A stretch of DNA of 63,837 bases, the filler included, from Raillietiella orientalis (lineage: Eukaryota), in NCBI GenBank assembly GCA_036172245.1. It is 4 parts of 4 records of this genome, joined end to end, with 100 filler letters (N's around TTAATTAATTAA, not from the genome) between each part and the next. Parts side by side here need not be neighbours in the genome. Positions count along the whole stretch, not along the records: positions 18,101 to 35,988 come from JAYWIR010000243.1; 3 more parts are not named here. One strand, given 5' to 3'. The notes beneath the pieces were generated by a model, which saw only the letters and a program-made list of their open reading frames with translations, did no database searches and had not been told where the DNA came from. Each line of letters starts with the position of its first letter. Position 1 is the stretch's first letter. A program made the translations under genes and the position numbers. Positions 20,337-35,300 of this stretch are shown piece after piece.

Positions 20337-23300
20337 GGCGGGAAAACACCGCATTGGAAATAGAAAAAAGAGAGGAATTTTTTTGATGCACTTTGAAGAT
20401 TCTATTTGGATGCAGGAAGTGAAAATAGATTGCTTCCAACCATTCTGATGTCTCAGGATTGCGACCGAAATCATCGGGAACCGGCCATGGTCGTTTACGT
20501 GCAAGTGCGGAGATTTGGCGGGAAAACACTGCATTGAAAATAGAAAAGAGAGAGGAGTGTTTTTGATGCACTTTGAAGATTCTATCTGGATGCAGGAAGT
20601 GAAAGTAGATTGATTCCAACCATTCTGATGTGTCAGGATTGCGACCGAAATCATCGGGAACCGCCCATGGTCGTTTACGTGCAAGTGCGGAGATTTGGCG
20701 GGAAAACACCGCATTGGAAATAGAAAAGAGAGAGGAATTTTTTTGATGCACTTTGAAGATTCTATTTGGATGCAGGAAGTGCAAGTTGATTGATTCCAAC
20801 CATTCTGATGTCTCAGGATTGCGACCGAAATCATCTGTAACCGCCTATGGTCGTTTACGTGCAAGTGCGGAGATTTGGCGGGAAAACACCGCATTGGAAA
20901 TAGAAAAGAGAGAGGAGTTTTTTGATGCACTTTGAAGATTCTATCTGGATGCAGGAAGTGAAAGTAGATTGCTTCCAACCATTCTGATGTCTCAGGATTG
21001 CCACCGAAATCATCGGGAACCGGCTATGGTCGTTTACGTGCAAGTGCGGAGATTTGGCGGGAGAACACCGCATTGGAAATAGAAAAGAGAAAGGAATTTT
21101 TTTGATGCACTTTGAAAATTCTATTTGGATGCAGGAAGTGGAAATAGATTGCTTCCAACCATTCTGATGTCTCAGGATTGCGACCGAAATCATCGGGAAC
21201 CGCCCATGGTCGTTTACGTGAAAGTGCGGAGATTTGGCGGGAAAACACATCATTGGAAATAGAAAAAAGACAGGAATTTTTTTGATGCACTTTGAAGATT
21301 CTATTTGGATGCAGGAAGTGAAAATAGATTGCTTCCAACCATTCTGATGTCTCAGGATTGCGACCGAAATAATCGGGAACCGGCCATGGTCGTTTACGTG
21401 CAAGTGCGGAGATTTGGCGGGAAAACACCGCATTGAAAATAGAAAAGAGAGAGGAGTTTTTTTGATGCACTTTGAAGATTCTATCTGGATGCAGGAAGTG
21501 AAAGTAGATTGATTCCAACCATTCTGATGTGTCAGGATTGCGAACGAAATCATCGGGAACCGCCCATGGTCGTTTACGTGCAAGTGCGGAGATTTGGCGG
21601 GAAAACACCGCATTGGAAATAGAAAAGAGAGAGGAATTTTTTGATGCACTTTGAAGATTCTATTTGGATGCAGGAAGTGCAAGTTGATTGATTCCAACCA
21701 TTCTGATGTCTCAGGATTGCGACCGAAATCATCTGTATTCGCCTATGGTCGTTTACGTGCAAGTGCGGAGATTTGGCGGGAAAACACCGCATTGGAAATA
21801 GAAAAGAGAGAGGAGTCTTTTTGATGCACTTTGAAGATTCTATCTGGATGCAGGAAGTGAAAGTAGATTGCTTCCAACCATTCTGATGTCTCAGGATTGC
21901 CACCGAATTCATCGGGAACCGGCTATGGTCGTTCACGTGCAAGTGCGGAGATTTGGCGGGAAAACACCGCATTGGAAATAGAAAAGAGAGAGGAATTTTT
22001 TTGATGCACTTTGAAGATTCTATTTGGATGCAGGAAGTGGAAATAGATTGCTTCCAACCATTCTGATGTCTCAGGATTGCGACCGAAATCATCGGGAACC
22101 GCCCATGGTCGTTTACGTGAAAGTGCGGAGATTTGGCGGGAAAACACATCATTGGAAATAGAAAACAGAGAGGAGTTTTTTTGATGCACTTTGAAGATTC
22201 TATTTCAATGCAGGAAGTGAAAGTAGATTGCTTCCAACCATTCTGATGTCTCAGGATTGCCACCGAAATCATCGGGAACCGGCCATGGTCGTTTACGTGC
22301 AAGTGCGGAGATTTGGCGGGAGAACACCGCATTGGAAATAGAAAAGAGCTAGGAATTTTTTTGATGCACTCTGAAGATTCTATTTGGATGCAGGAAGTAA
22401 AAGTAGATTGCTTACAACCATTCTGATGTCTCAGGATTGCGACCGAAATAATCGGGAACCGGCCATGGTCGTTTACGTGCAAGTGCGGAGATTTAAAGGG
22501 AAAACACCGCATTGGAAATAGAAAAGAGCGAGGAATTTTTTTGATGCACTCTGAAGATTCTATTTGGATGCAGGAAGTGAGAATAGATTGCTTCCAACCA
22601 TTCTGATGTCTCACGATTGCGACCGAAATCATCGGGAACCGCCCATGGTCATTTAAGTGCAAGTGCGGAGTTTTGGCGGGAAAACACCGCATTGGAAATA
22701 GAAAAGAGAGAGGAGTTTTTTGATGCACTTTGAAGATTCTATTTGGATGCAGGAAGTGAAAATAGATTGCTTCCAACCATTCTGATGTCTCAGGATTGCG
22801 ACCGAAATCATCGGGAACCGGCCATGGTCGTTTACGTGCAAGTGCGGAGATTTGGCGGGAAAACACCGCATTGGAAATAGAAAAGAGAGAGGAATTTTTT
22901 TGATGCACTTTGAAGTTTCTATCTGGATGCAGGAAGTGAAAGTAGATTGCTTACAACCATTCTGATGTCTCAGGATTGCGACCGAAATAATCGGGAACCG
23001 GCCATGGTCGTTTACGTGCAAGTGCGGAGATTTGGCGGGAAAACACCGCATTGGAAATAGAAAAGAGAGAGGAATTTTTTTGATGCACTTTGAAGATTCT
23101 ATTTGGATGCAGGAAGTGGAAATAGATTGCTTCCAACCATTCTGATGTCTCACGATTGCGACCGAAATCATCGGGAACCGCCCATGGTCATTTAAGTGCA
23201 AGTGCGGAGTTTTGGCGGGAAAACACCGCATTGAAAATAGAAAAGAGAGAGGAGTGTTTTTGATGCACTTTGAAGATTCTATCTGGATGCAGGAAGTGAA

Positions 23301-26300
23301 AGTTGATTGATTCCAACCATTCTGATGTGTCAGGATTGCGACCGAAATCATCGGGAACCGGCCATGGTCGTTTACGTGCAAGTGCGGAGATTTGGCGGGA
23401 AAACACTGCATTGAAAATAGAAAAGAGAGAGGAGTGTTTTTGATGCACTTTGAAGATTCTATCTGGATGCAGGAAGTGAAAGTTGATTGATTCCAACCAT
23501 TCTGATGTGTCAGGATTGCGACCGAAATCATCGGGAACCGCCCATGGTCGTTTACGTGCAAGTGCGGAGATTTGGCGGGAAAACACCGCATGGGAAATAG
23601 AAAAGAGAGAGGAATTTTTTTGATGCACTTTGAAGTTTCTATCTGGATGCAGGAAGTGAAAGTAGATTGCTTACAACCATTCTGATGTCTCAGGATTGCG
23701 ACCGAAATAATCGGGAACCGGGCATGGTCGTTTACGTGCAAGTGCGGAGATTTGGCGGGAGAACACCGCATTGGAAATAGAAAAGAAAGAGGAATTTTTT
23801 TGATGCACTTTGAAGATTCTATTTGGATGGAGGAAGTGGAAATAGATTGCTTCCAACCATTCTGATGTCTCACGATTGCGACCGAAATCATCGGGAACCG
23901 CCCATGGTCATTTAAGTGCAAGTGCGGAGTTTTGGCGGGAAAACACCGCATTGGAAATAGAAAAAAGAGAGGAATTTTTTTGATGCACTTTGAAGATTCT
24001 ATTTGGATGCAGGAAGTGAAAATAGATTGCTTCCAACCATTCTGATGTCTCAGGATTGCGACCGAAATCATCGGGAACCGGCCATGGTCGTTTACGTGCA
24101 AGTGCGGAGATTTGGCGGGAAAACACTGCATTGAAAATAAAAAAGAAAGAGGAGTGTTTTTGATGCACTTTGAAGATTCTATCTGGATGCAGGAAGTGAA
24201 AGTAGATTGCTTCCAACCATTCTGATGTCTCAGGATTGCCACCGAATTCATCGGGAACCGGCTATGGTCGTTCACGTGCAAGTGCGGAGATTTGGCGGGA
24301 AAACACCGCATTGGAAATAGAAAAGAGAGAGGAATTTTTTTGATGCACTTTGAAGATTCTATTTGGATGCAGGAAGTGGAAATAGATTGCTTCCAACCAT
24401 TCTGATGTCTCAGGATTGCGACCGAAATCATCGGGAACCGGCCATGGTCGTTTACGTGCAAGTGCGGAGATTTGGCGGGAAAACACCGCATTGGAAATAG
24501 AAAAGAGAGAGGAATTTTTTTGATGCACTTTGAAGATTCTATTTGGATGCAGGAAGTGCAAGTTGATTGATTCCAACCATTCTGATGTCTCAGGATTGCG
24601 ACCGAAATCATCTGTAACCGCCTATGGTCGTTTACGTGCAAGTGCGGAGATTTGGCGGGAAAACACCGCATTGGAAATAGAAAAGAGAGAGGAGTTTTTT
24701 GATGCACTTTGAAGATTCTATCTGGATGCAGGAAGTGAAAGTAGATTGCTTCCAACCATTCTGATGTCTCAGGATTGCCACCGAAATCATCGGGAACCGG
24801 CTATGGTCGTTTACGTGCAAGTGCGGAGATTTGGCGGGAGAACACCGCATTGGAAATAGAAAAGAGAAAGGAATTTTTTTGATGCACTTTGAAAATTCTA
24901 TTTGGATGCAGGAAGTAGAAATAGATTGCTTCCAACCATTCTGATGTCTCAGGATTGCGACCGAAATCATCGGGAACCGCCCATGGTCGTTTACGTGAAA
25001 GTGCGGAGATTTGGCGGGAGAACACCGCATTGGAAATAGAAAAGAGAAAGGAATTTTCTTGATGCACTTTGAAGATTCTATCTGGATGCAGGAAGTGAAA
25101 GTAGATTGCTTCCAACCATTCTGATGTCTCAGGATTGCGACCGAAATCATTGTGAACCGCCCAATGGTCATTTAAGTGCAAGTGCGGAGTTTTGGCGGGA
25201 AAACACCGCATTGGAAATAGAAAAGAGAGAGCAGTGTTTTTGATGCACTTTGAAGATTCTATCTGGATGCAGGAAGTAAAAGTGGATTCCTTACAACCAT
25301 TCTGATGTCTCACGATTGCGACCGAAATCATCGGGAACCGGCCATGGTCGTTTACGTGGAAGTGCGGAGATTTGGCGGGAGAACACCGCATTGGAAATAG
25401 AAAAGAGAGAGAAATTTCTTTGATGCACTTTGAAGATTCTTTTTGGATGCCGGAAGTAAAAGTAGATTGCTTACATCCATTCTGATGTCTCACGATTGCG
25501 ACCGAAATAATCGGGAACCGGCCATGGTCGTTTACGTGCAAGTGCGGAGATTTGGCGGGAAAACACCGCATTGGAAATAGAAAAGAGAGAGGAATTTTTT
25601 TGATGCACTTTGAAGATTCTATTTGGATGGAGGAAGTGGAAATAGATTGCTTCCAACCATTCTGATGTCTCAGGATTGCGACCGAAATCATCGGGAACCG
25701 CCCATGGTCATTTAAGTGCAAGTGCGGAGTTTTGGCGGGAAAACACCGCATTGGAAATAGAAAAAAGACAGGAATTTTTTTGATGCACTTCGAAGATGCT
25801 ATTTGGATGCAGGAAGTGAAAATAGATTGTTGCGAACCATTTTAATCTCTCAGGATTGCGACCGAAATAATCGGGAACCGGCCATGGTCGTTTACGTGCA
25901 TGTGCGGAGATTTGGCGGGAAAACACCGCATTGGAAATAGAAAAGTGAGAGGAATTTTCTTGATGCACTTTGAAGATTCTATCTGGATGCAGGAAGTGAA
26001 AGTAGATTGCTTCCAACCATTCTGATGTCTCACGATTGCGACCGAAATCATCGGGAACCGCCCATGGTCATTTAAGTGCAAGTGCGGAGTTTTGGCGGGA
26101 AAACACCGCATTGGAAATAGAAAAAAGAGAGGAATTTTTTTGATGCACTTTGAAGATTCTATTTGGATGCAGGAAGTGAAAATAGATTGCTTCCAACCAT
26201 TCTGATGTCTCAGGATTGCGACCGAAATCATCGGGAACCGGCCATGGTCGTTTACGTGCAAGTGCGGAGATTTGGCGGGAAAACACTGCATTGAAAATAG

Positions 26301-29300
26301 AAAAGAGAGAGGAGTGTTTTTGATGCACTTTGAAGATTCTATCTGGATGCAGGAAGTGAAAGTTGATTGATTCCAACCATTCTGATGTGTCAGGATTGCG
26401 ACCGAAATCTCGGGAACCGCCCATGGTCGTTTACGTGCAAGTGCGGAGATTTGGCGGGAAAACACCGCATTGGAAATAGAAAAGAGAGAGGAATTTTTTT
26501 GATGCACTTTGAAGATTCTATTTGGATGCAGGAAGTAAAAGTAGATTCCTTACAACCATTCTGATGTCTCACGATTGCGACCGAAATCATCGGGAACCGG
26601 TCATGGTCGTTTACGTGCAAGTGCGGAGTTTTGGGGGGAAAACACCGCATTGGAAATAGAAAAAAAAAGAATTTTTTTGATGCACTTTGAAGATGCTATT
26701 TGGATGCAGCAAGTGAAAATAGATTGTTGCGAACCATTTTAATCTCTCAGGATTGCGACCGAAATAATCGGGAACCCGCCATGGTCGTTTACGTGCATGT
26801 GCGGAGATTTGGCGGGAAAACACCGCATTGGAAATAGAAAGAGAGAGGAATTTTTTTGATGCACTTTGAAGATTCTATCTGGATGCAGGAAGTGAAAGTA
26901 GATTGCTTCCAACCATTCTGATGTCTCAGGATTGCGAACGAAATCATCGGGAACCGCCCATGGTCATTTAAGTGCAAGTGCGGAGTTTTGGCGGGAAAAC
27001 ACCGCATTGGAAATAGAAAAAAGAGAGGAGTTTTTTTGATGCACTTTGAAGATTCTATCTGGATGCAGGAAGTGAAAGTAGATTGATTCCAACCATTCTG
27101 ATGTGACAGGATTGCGACCGAAATCATCGGGAACCGCCCATGGTCGTTTACGTGCAAGTGCGGAGATTTGGCGGGAAAACACCGCATTGGAAATAGAAAA
27201 GAGAGAGGAATTTTTTTGATGCACTTTGAAGATTCTATTTGGATGCAGGAAGTGCAAGTTGATTGATTCCAACCATTCTGATGTCTCAGGATTGCGACCG
27301 AAATCATCTGTAACCGCCTATGGTCGTTTACGTGCAAGTGCGGAGATTTGGCGGGAAAACACCGCATTGGAAATAGAAAGAGAGAGAAATTTTTTTGATG
27401 CACTTTGAAGATTCTATCTGGATGCAGGAAGTGAAAGTAGATTGCTTCCAACCATTCTGATGTGTCAGGATTGCGACCGAAATCATCGGGAACCGCGCAT
27501 GGTCATTTAAGTGCAAGTGCGGAGTTTTGGCGGGAAAACACCGCATTGGAAATAGAAAAAAGAGAGGAATTTTTTTGATGCACTTTGAAGATTCTATTTG
27601 GATGCAGGAAGTTAGAATAGATTGCTTCCAACCATTCTGATGTCTCAGGATTGCGACCGAAATCATCGGGAACCGGCCATGGTCGTTTACGTGCAAGTGC
27701 GGAGATTTGGCGGGAAAACACCGCATTGAAAATAGAAAAGAGAGAGGAGTTTTTTTGATGCACTTTGAAGATTCTATCTGGATGCAGGAAGTGAAAGTAG
27801 ATTGATTCCAACCATTCTGATGTGTCAGGATTGCGAACGAAATCATCGGGAACCGCCCATGGTCGTTTACGTGCAAGTGCGGAGATTTGGCGGGAAAACA
27901 CCGCATTGGAAATAGAAAAGAGAGAGGAATTTTTTTGATGCACTTTGAAGATTCTATTTGGATGCAGGAAGTGCAAGTTGATTGATTCCAACCATTCTGA
28001 TGTCTCAGGATTGCGACCGAAATCATCTGTATTCGCCTATGGTCGTTTACGTGCAAGTGCGGAGATTTGGCGGGAAAACACCGCATTGGAAATAGAAAAG
28101 AGAGAGGAGTCTTTTTGATGCACTTTGAAGATTCTATCTGGATGCAGGAAGTGAAAGTAGATTGCTTCCAACCATTCTGATGTCTCAGGATTGCCACCGA
28201 ATTCATCGGGAACCGGCTATGGTCGTTCACGTGCAAGTGCGGAGATTTGGCGGGAAAACACCGCATTGGAAATAGAAAAGAGAGAGGAATTTTTTTGATG
28301 CACTTTGAAGATTCTATTTGGATGCAGGAAGTGAAATAGATTGCTTCCAACCATTCTGATGTCTCAGGATTGCGACCGAAATCATCGGGAACCGGCCATG
28401 GTCGTTTACGTGCAAGTGCGGAGATTTGGCGGGAAAACACCGCATTGGAAATAGAAAAGAGAGAGGAATTTTTTTGATGCACTTTGAAGATTCTATTTGG
28501 ATGCAGGAAGTGTTGATTGATTCCAACCATTCTGATGTCTCAGGATTGCGACCGAAATCATCTGTAACCGCCCATGGTCGTTTACGTGCAAGTGCGGAGA
28601 TTTGGCGGGAAAACACCGCATTGGAAATAGAAAAGAGAGAGGAGTCTTTTTGATGCACTTTGAAGATTCTATCTGGATGCAGGAAGTGAAAGTAGATTGC
28701 TTCCAACCATTCTGATGTCTCAGGATTGCCACCGAATTCATCGGGAACCGGCTATGGTCGTTCACGTGCAAGTGCGGAGATTTGGCGGGAAAACACCGCA
28801 TTGGAAATAGAAAAGAGAGAGGAATTTTTTTGATGCACTTTGAAGATTCTATTTGGATGCAGGAAGTGAAAATAGATTGCTTCCAACCATTCTGATGTCT
28901 CAGGATTGCGACCGAAATCATCGGGAACCGGCCATGGTCGTTTACGTGCAAGTGCGGAGATTTGGCGGGAAAACACCGCATTGAAAATAGAAAAGAGAGA
29001 GGAGTTTTTTTGATGCACTTTGAAGATTCTATCTGGATGCAGGAAGTGAAAGTAGATTGATTCCAACCATTCTGATGTGTCAGGATTGCGACCGAAATCA
29101 TCGGGAACCGCCCATGGTCGTTTACGTGCAAGTGCGGAGATTTGGCGGGAAAACACCGCATTGGAAATAGAAAAGAGAGAGGAATTTTTTTGATGCACTT
29201 TGAAGATTCTATTTGGATGCAGGAAGTGCAAGTTGATTGATTCCAACCATTCTGATGTCTCAGGATTGCGACCGAAATCATCTGTAACCGCCTATGGTCG

Positions 29301-32300
29301 TTTACGTGCAAGTGCGGAGATTTGGCGGGAAAACACCGCATTGGAAATAGAAAGAGAGAGAAATTTTTTTGATGCACTTTGAAGATTCTATCTGGATGCA
29401 GGAAGTGAAAGTAGATTGCTTCCAACCATTCTGATGTGTCAGGATTGCGACCGAAATCATCGGGAACCGCGCATGGTCATTTAAGTGCAAGTGCGGAGTT
29501 TTGGCGGGAAAACACCGCATTGGAAATAGAAAAAAGATAGGAATTTTTTTGATGCACTTTGAAGATTCTATTTGGATGCAGGAAGTTAGAATAGATTGCT
29601 TCCAACCATTCTGATGTCTCAGGATTGCGACCGAAATCATCGGGAACCGGCCATGGTCGTTTACGTGCAAGTGCGGAGATTTGGCGGGAAAACACCGCAT
29701 TGAAAATAGAAAAGAGAGAGGAGTTTTTTTGATGCACTTTGAAGATTCTATCTGGATGCAGGAAGTGAAAGTAGATTGATTCCAACCATTCTGATGTGTC
29801 AGGATTGCGAACGAAATCATCGGGAACCGCCCATGGTCGTTTACGTGCAAGTGCGGAGATTTGGCGGGAAAACACCGCATTGGAAATAGAAAAGAGAGAG
29901 GAATTTTTTTGATGCACTTTGAAGATTCTATTTGGATGCAGGAAGTGCAAGTTGATTGATTCCAACCATTCTGATGTCTCAGGATTGCGACCGAAATCAT
30001 CTGTATTCGCCTATGGTCGTTTACGTGCAAGTGCGGAGATTTGGCGGGAAAACACCGCATTGGAAATAGAAAAGAGAGAGGAGTCTTTTTGATGCACTTT
30101 GAAGATTCTATCTGGATGCAGGAAGTGAAAGTAGATTGCTTCCAACCATTCTGATGTCTCAGGATTGCCACCGAATTCATCGGGAACCGGCTATGGTCGT
30201 TCACGTGCAAGTGCGGAGATTTGGCGGGAAAACACCGCATTGGAAATAGAAAAGAGAGAGGAATTTTTTTGATGCACTTTGAAGATTCTATTTGGATGCA
30301 GGAAGTGGAAATAGATTGCTTCCAACCATTCTGATGTCTCAGGATTGCGACCGAAATCATCGGGAACCGGCCATGGTCGTTTACGTGCAAGTGCGGAGAT
30401 TTGGCGGGAAAACACCGCATTGGAAATAGAAAAGAGAGAGGAATTTTTTTGATGCACTTTGAAGATTCTATTTGGATGCAGGAAGTGCAAGTTGATTGAT
30501 TCCAACCATTCTGATGTCTCAGGATTGCGACCGAAATCATCTGTAACCGCCTATGGTCGTTTACGTGCAAGTGCGGAGATTTGGCGGGAAAACACCGCAT
30601 TGGAAATAGAAAAGAGAGAGGAGTTTTTTGATGCACTTTGAAGATTCTATCTGGATGCAGGAAGTGAAAGTAGATTGCTTCCAACCATTCTGATGTCTCA
30701 GGATTGCCACCGAAATCATCGGGAACCGGCTATGGTCGTTTACGTGCAAGTGCGGAGATTTGGCGGGAGAACACCGCATTGGAAATAGAAAAGAGAAAGG
30801 AATTTTTTTGATGCACTTTGAAAATTCTATTTGGATGCAGGAAGTAGAAATAGATTGCTTCCAACCATTCTGATGTCTCAGGATTGCGACCGAAATCATC
30901 GGGAACCGCCCATGGTCGTTTACGTGAAAGTGCGGAGATTTGGCGGGAGAACACCGCATTGGAAATAGAAAAGAGAAAGGAATTTTTTTGATGCACTTTG
31001 AAGATTCTATTTGGATGCAGGAGGTGAAAATAAATTGCTTCCAACCATTCTGATGTCTCAGGATTGCGACCGAAATCATCGGGAACCGGCCATGGTCGTT
31101 TACGTGCAAGTGCGGAGATTTGGCGGGAAAACACTGCATTGAAAATAGAAAAGAGAGAGGAGTGTTTTTGATGCACTTTGAAGATTCTATCTGGATGCAG
31201 GAAGTGAAAGTTGATTGATTCCAACCATTCTGATGTGTCAGGATTGCGACCGAAATCTTCGGGAACCGCCCATGGTCGTTTACGTGCAAGTGCGGAGATT
31301 TGGCGGGAAAACACCGCATTGGAAATAGAAAAGAGAGAGGAATTTTTTTGATGCACTTTGAAGATTCTATTTGGATGCAGGAAGTAAAAGTAGATTCCTT
31401 ACAACCATTCTGATGTCTCACGATTGCGACCGAAATCATCGGGAACCGGTCATGGTCGTTTACGTGCAAGTGCGGAGTTTTGGGGGGAAAACACCGCATT
31501 GGAAATAGAAAAAAAAAAGGAATTTTTTTGATGCACTTTGAAGATGCTATTTGGATGCAGCAAGTGAAAATAGATTGTTGCGAACCATTTTAATCTCTCA
31601 GGATTGCGACCGAAATAATCGGGAACCCGCCATGGTCGTTTACGTGCATGTGCGGAGATTTGGCGGGAAAACACCGCATTGGAAATAGAAAGAGAGAGGA
31701 ATTTTTTTGATGCACTTTGAAGATTCTATCTGGATGCAGGAAGTGAAAGTAGATTGCTTCCAACCATTCTGATGTCTCAGGATTGCGAACGAAATCATCG
31801 GGAACCGCCCATGGTCATTTAAGTGCAAGTGCGGAGTTTTGGCGGGAAAACACCGCATTGGAAATAGAAAAAAGAGAGGAATTTTTTTGATGCACTTTGA
31901 AGATTCTATCTGGATGCAGGAAGTGAAAGTAGATTGATTCCAACCATTCTGATGTGACAGGATTGCGACCGAAATCATCGGGAACCGCCCATGGTCGTTT
32001 ACGTGCAAGTGCGGAGATTTGGCGGGAAAACACCGCATTGGAAATAGAAAAGAGAGAGGAATTTTTTTGATGCACTTTGAAGATTCTATTTGGATGCAGG
32101 AAGTGCAAGTTGATTGATTCCAACCATTCTGATGTCTCAGGATTGCGACCGAAATCATCTGTAACCGCCTATGGTCGTTTACGTGCAAGTGCGGAGATTT
32201 GGCGGGAAAACACCGCATTGGAAATAGAAAAGAGAGAGCAGTTTTTTTGATGCACTTTGAAGATTCTATCTGGATGCAGGAAGTAAAAGTAGATTCCTTA

Positions 32301-35300
32301 CAACCATTCTGATGTCTCACGATTGCGACCGAAATCATCGGGAACCGGCCATGGTCGTTTACGTGCAAGTGCGGAGATTTGGCGGGAAAACACCGCATTG
32401 GAAATAGAAAAAAGAGAGGAATTTTTTTGATGCACTTTGAAGATGCTATTTGGATGCAGCAAGTGAAAATAGATTGTTGCGAACCATTTTAATCTCTCAG
32501 GATTGCGACCGAAATAATCGGGAACCGGCCATGGTCGTTTACGTGCATGTGCGGAGATTTGGCGGGAAAACACCGCATTGGAAATAGAAAGAGAAAGGAA
32601 TTTTTTTGATGCACTTTGAAGATTCTATCTGGATGCAGGAAGTGAAAGTAGATTGCTTCCAACCATTCTGATGTCTCAGGATTGCGACCGAAATCATTGT
32701 GAACCGCCCATGGTCATTTAAGTGCAAGTGCGGAGTTTTTGCGGGAAAACACCGCATTGGAAATAGAAAAAAGAGAGGAATTTTTTTGATGCACTTTGAA
32801 GATTCTATTTGGATGCAGGAAGTGAAAATAGATTGCTTCCAACCATTCTGATGTCTCAGGATTGCCACCGAAATCATCGGGAACCGGCCATGGTCGTTTA
32901 CGTGCAAGTGCGGAGATTTGGCGGGAGAACACCGCATTGGAAATAGAAAAGAGCTAGGAATTTTTTTGATGCACTCTGAAGATTCTATTTGGATACAGGA
33001 AGTAAAAGTAGATTGCTTACAACCATTCTGATGTCTCAGGATTGCGACCGAAGTAATCGGGAACCGCCTATGGTCGTTTACGTGCATGTGCGGAGATTTG
33101 GCGGGAAAACACCGCATTGGAAATAGAAAGAGAGAGGAATTTTTTTGATGCACTTTGAAGATTCTATCTGGATGCAGGAAGTGAAAGTAGATTGCTTCCA
33201 ACCATTCTGATGTCTCAGGATTGCGACCGAAATCATTGTGAACCGCCCATGGTCATTTAAGTGCAAGTGCGGAGTTTTTGCGGGAAAAAACCGCATTGGA
33301 AATAGAAAAGTGAGAGGAATTTTCTTGATGCACTTTGAAGATTCTATCTGGATGCAGGAAGTGAAAGTAGATTGCTTCCAACCATTCTGATGTCTCAGGA
33401 TTGCCACCGAAATCATCGGGAACCGGCCATGGTCGTTTACGTGCAAGTGCGGAGATTTGGCGGGAGAACACCGCATTGGAAATAGAAAAGAGCTAGGAAT
33501 TTTTTTGATGCACTCTGAAGATTCTATTTGGATACAGGAAGTAAAAGTAGATTGCTTACAACCATTCTGATGTCTCAGGATTGCGACCGAAGTAATCGGG
33601 AACCGCCTATGGTCGTTTACGTGCATGTGCGGAGATTTGGCGGGAAAACACCGCATTGGAAATAGAAAGAGAGAGGAATTTTTTTGATGCACTTTGAAGA
33701 TTCCATCTGGATGCAGGAAGTGAAAGTACATTGCTTCCAACCATTCTGATGTCTCAGGATTGCGACCGAAATCATCGGGAACCGCGCATGGTCATTTAAG
33801 TGCAAGTGCGGAGTTTTGGCGGGAAAACACCGCATTGGAAATAGAAAAAAGAGAGGAATTTTTTTGATGCACTTTGAAGATTCTATTTGGATGCAGGAAG
33901 TTAGAATAGATTGCTTCCAACCATTCTGATGTCTCAGGATTGCGACCGAAATCATCGGGAACCGGCCATGGTCGTTTACGTGCAAGTGCGGAGATTTGGC
34001 GGGAAAACACCGCATTGGAAATAGAAAAGAGAGAGGAATTTTTTTGATGCACTTTGAAGATTCTATTTGGATGCAGGAAGTGCAAGTTGATTGATTCCAA
34101 CCATTCTGATGTCTCAGGATTGCGACCGAAATCATCTGTAACCGCCTATGGTCGTTTACGTGCAAGTGCGGAGATTTGGCGGGAAAACACCGCATTGGAA
34201 ATAGAAAAGAGAGAGGAGTTTTTTGATGCACTTTGAAGATTCTATCTGGATGCAGGAAGTGAAAGTAGATTGCTTCCAACCATTCTGATGTCTCAGGATT
34301 GCCACCGAAATCATCGGGAACCGGCTATGGTCGTTTACGTGCAAGTGCGGAGATTTGGCGGGAGAACACCGCATTGGAAATAGAAAAGAGAAAGGAATTT
34401 TTTTGATGCACTTTGAAAATTCTATTTGGATGCAGGAAGTAGAAATAGATTGCTTCCAACCATTCTGATGTCTCAGGATTGCGACCGAAATCATCGGGAA
34501 CCGCCCATGGTCGTTTACGTGAAAGTGCGGAGATTTGGCGGGAGAACACCGCATTGGAAATAGAAAAGAGAAAGGAATTTTCTGGATGCACTTTGAAGAT
34601 TCTATCTGGATGCAGGAAGTGAAAGTAGATTGCTTCCAACCATTCTGATGTCTCAGGATTGCGACCGAAATCATTGTGAACCGCCCAATGGTCATTTAAG
34701 TGCAAGTGCGGAGTTTTGGCGGGAAAACACCGCATTGGAAATAGAAAAGAGAGAGCAGTGTTTTTGATGCACTTTGAAGATTCTATCTGGATGCAGGAAG
34801 TAAAAGTGGATTCCTTACAACCATTCTGATGTCTCACGATTGCGACATAAATCATCGGGAACCGGCCATGGTCGTTTACGTGGAAGTGCGGAGATTTGGC
34901 GGGAGAACACCGCATTGGAAATAGAAAAGAGAGAGAAATTTCTTTGATGCACTTTGAAGATTCTATTTGGATGCAGGAAGTAAAAGTAGATTGCTTACAT
35001 CCATTCTGATGTCTCACGATTGCGACCGAAATAATCGGGAACCGGCCATGGTCGTTTACGTGCAAGTGCGGAGATTTGGCGGGAAAACACCGCATTGGAA
35101 ATAGAAAAGAGAGAGGAATTTTTTTGATGCACTTTGAAGATTCTATTTGGATGGAGGAAGTGGAAATAGATTGCTTCCAACCATTCTGATGTCTCAGGAT
35201 TGCGACCGAAATCATCGGGAACCGCCCATGGTCATTTAAGTGCAAGTGCGGAGTTTTGGCGGGAAAACACCGCATTGGAAATAGAAAAAAGACAGGAATT

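Noticed and set aside
20463..20479. CENP-B box in the satellite (ACCGAAATCATCGGGA)
   Set aside because: The CG-N7-CGGGA spacing matches, but TT and the central A of the 9-nt core are absent (6/9). Not sufficient, and CENP-B boxes are not expected in this lineage.
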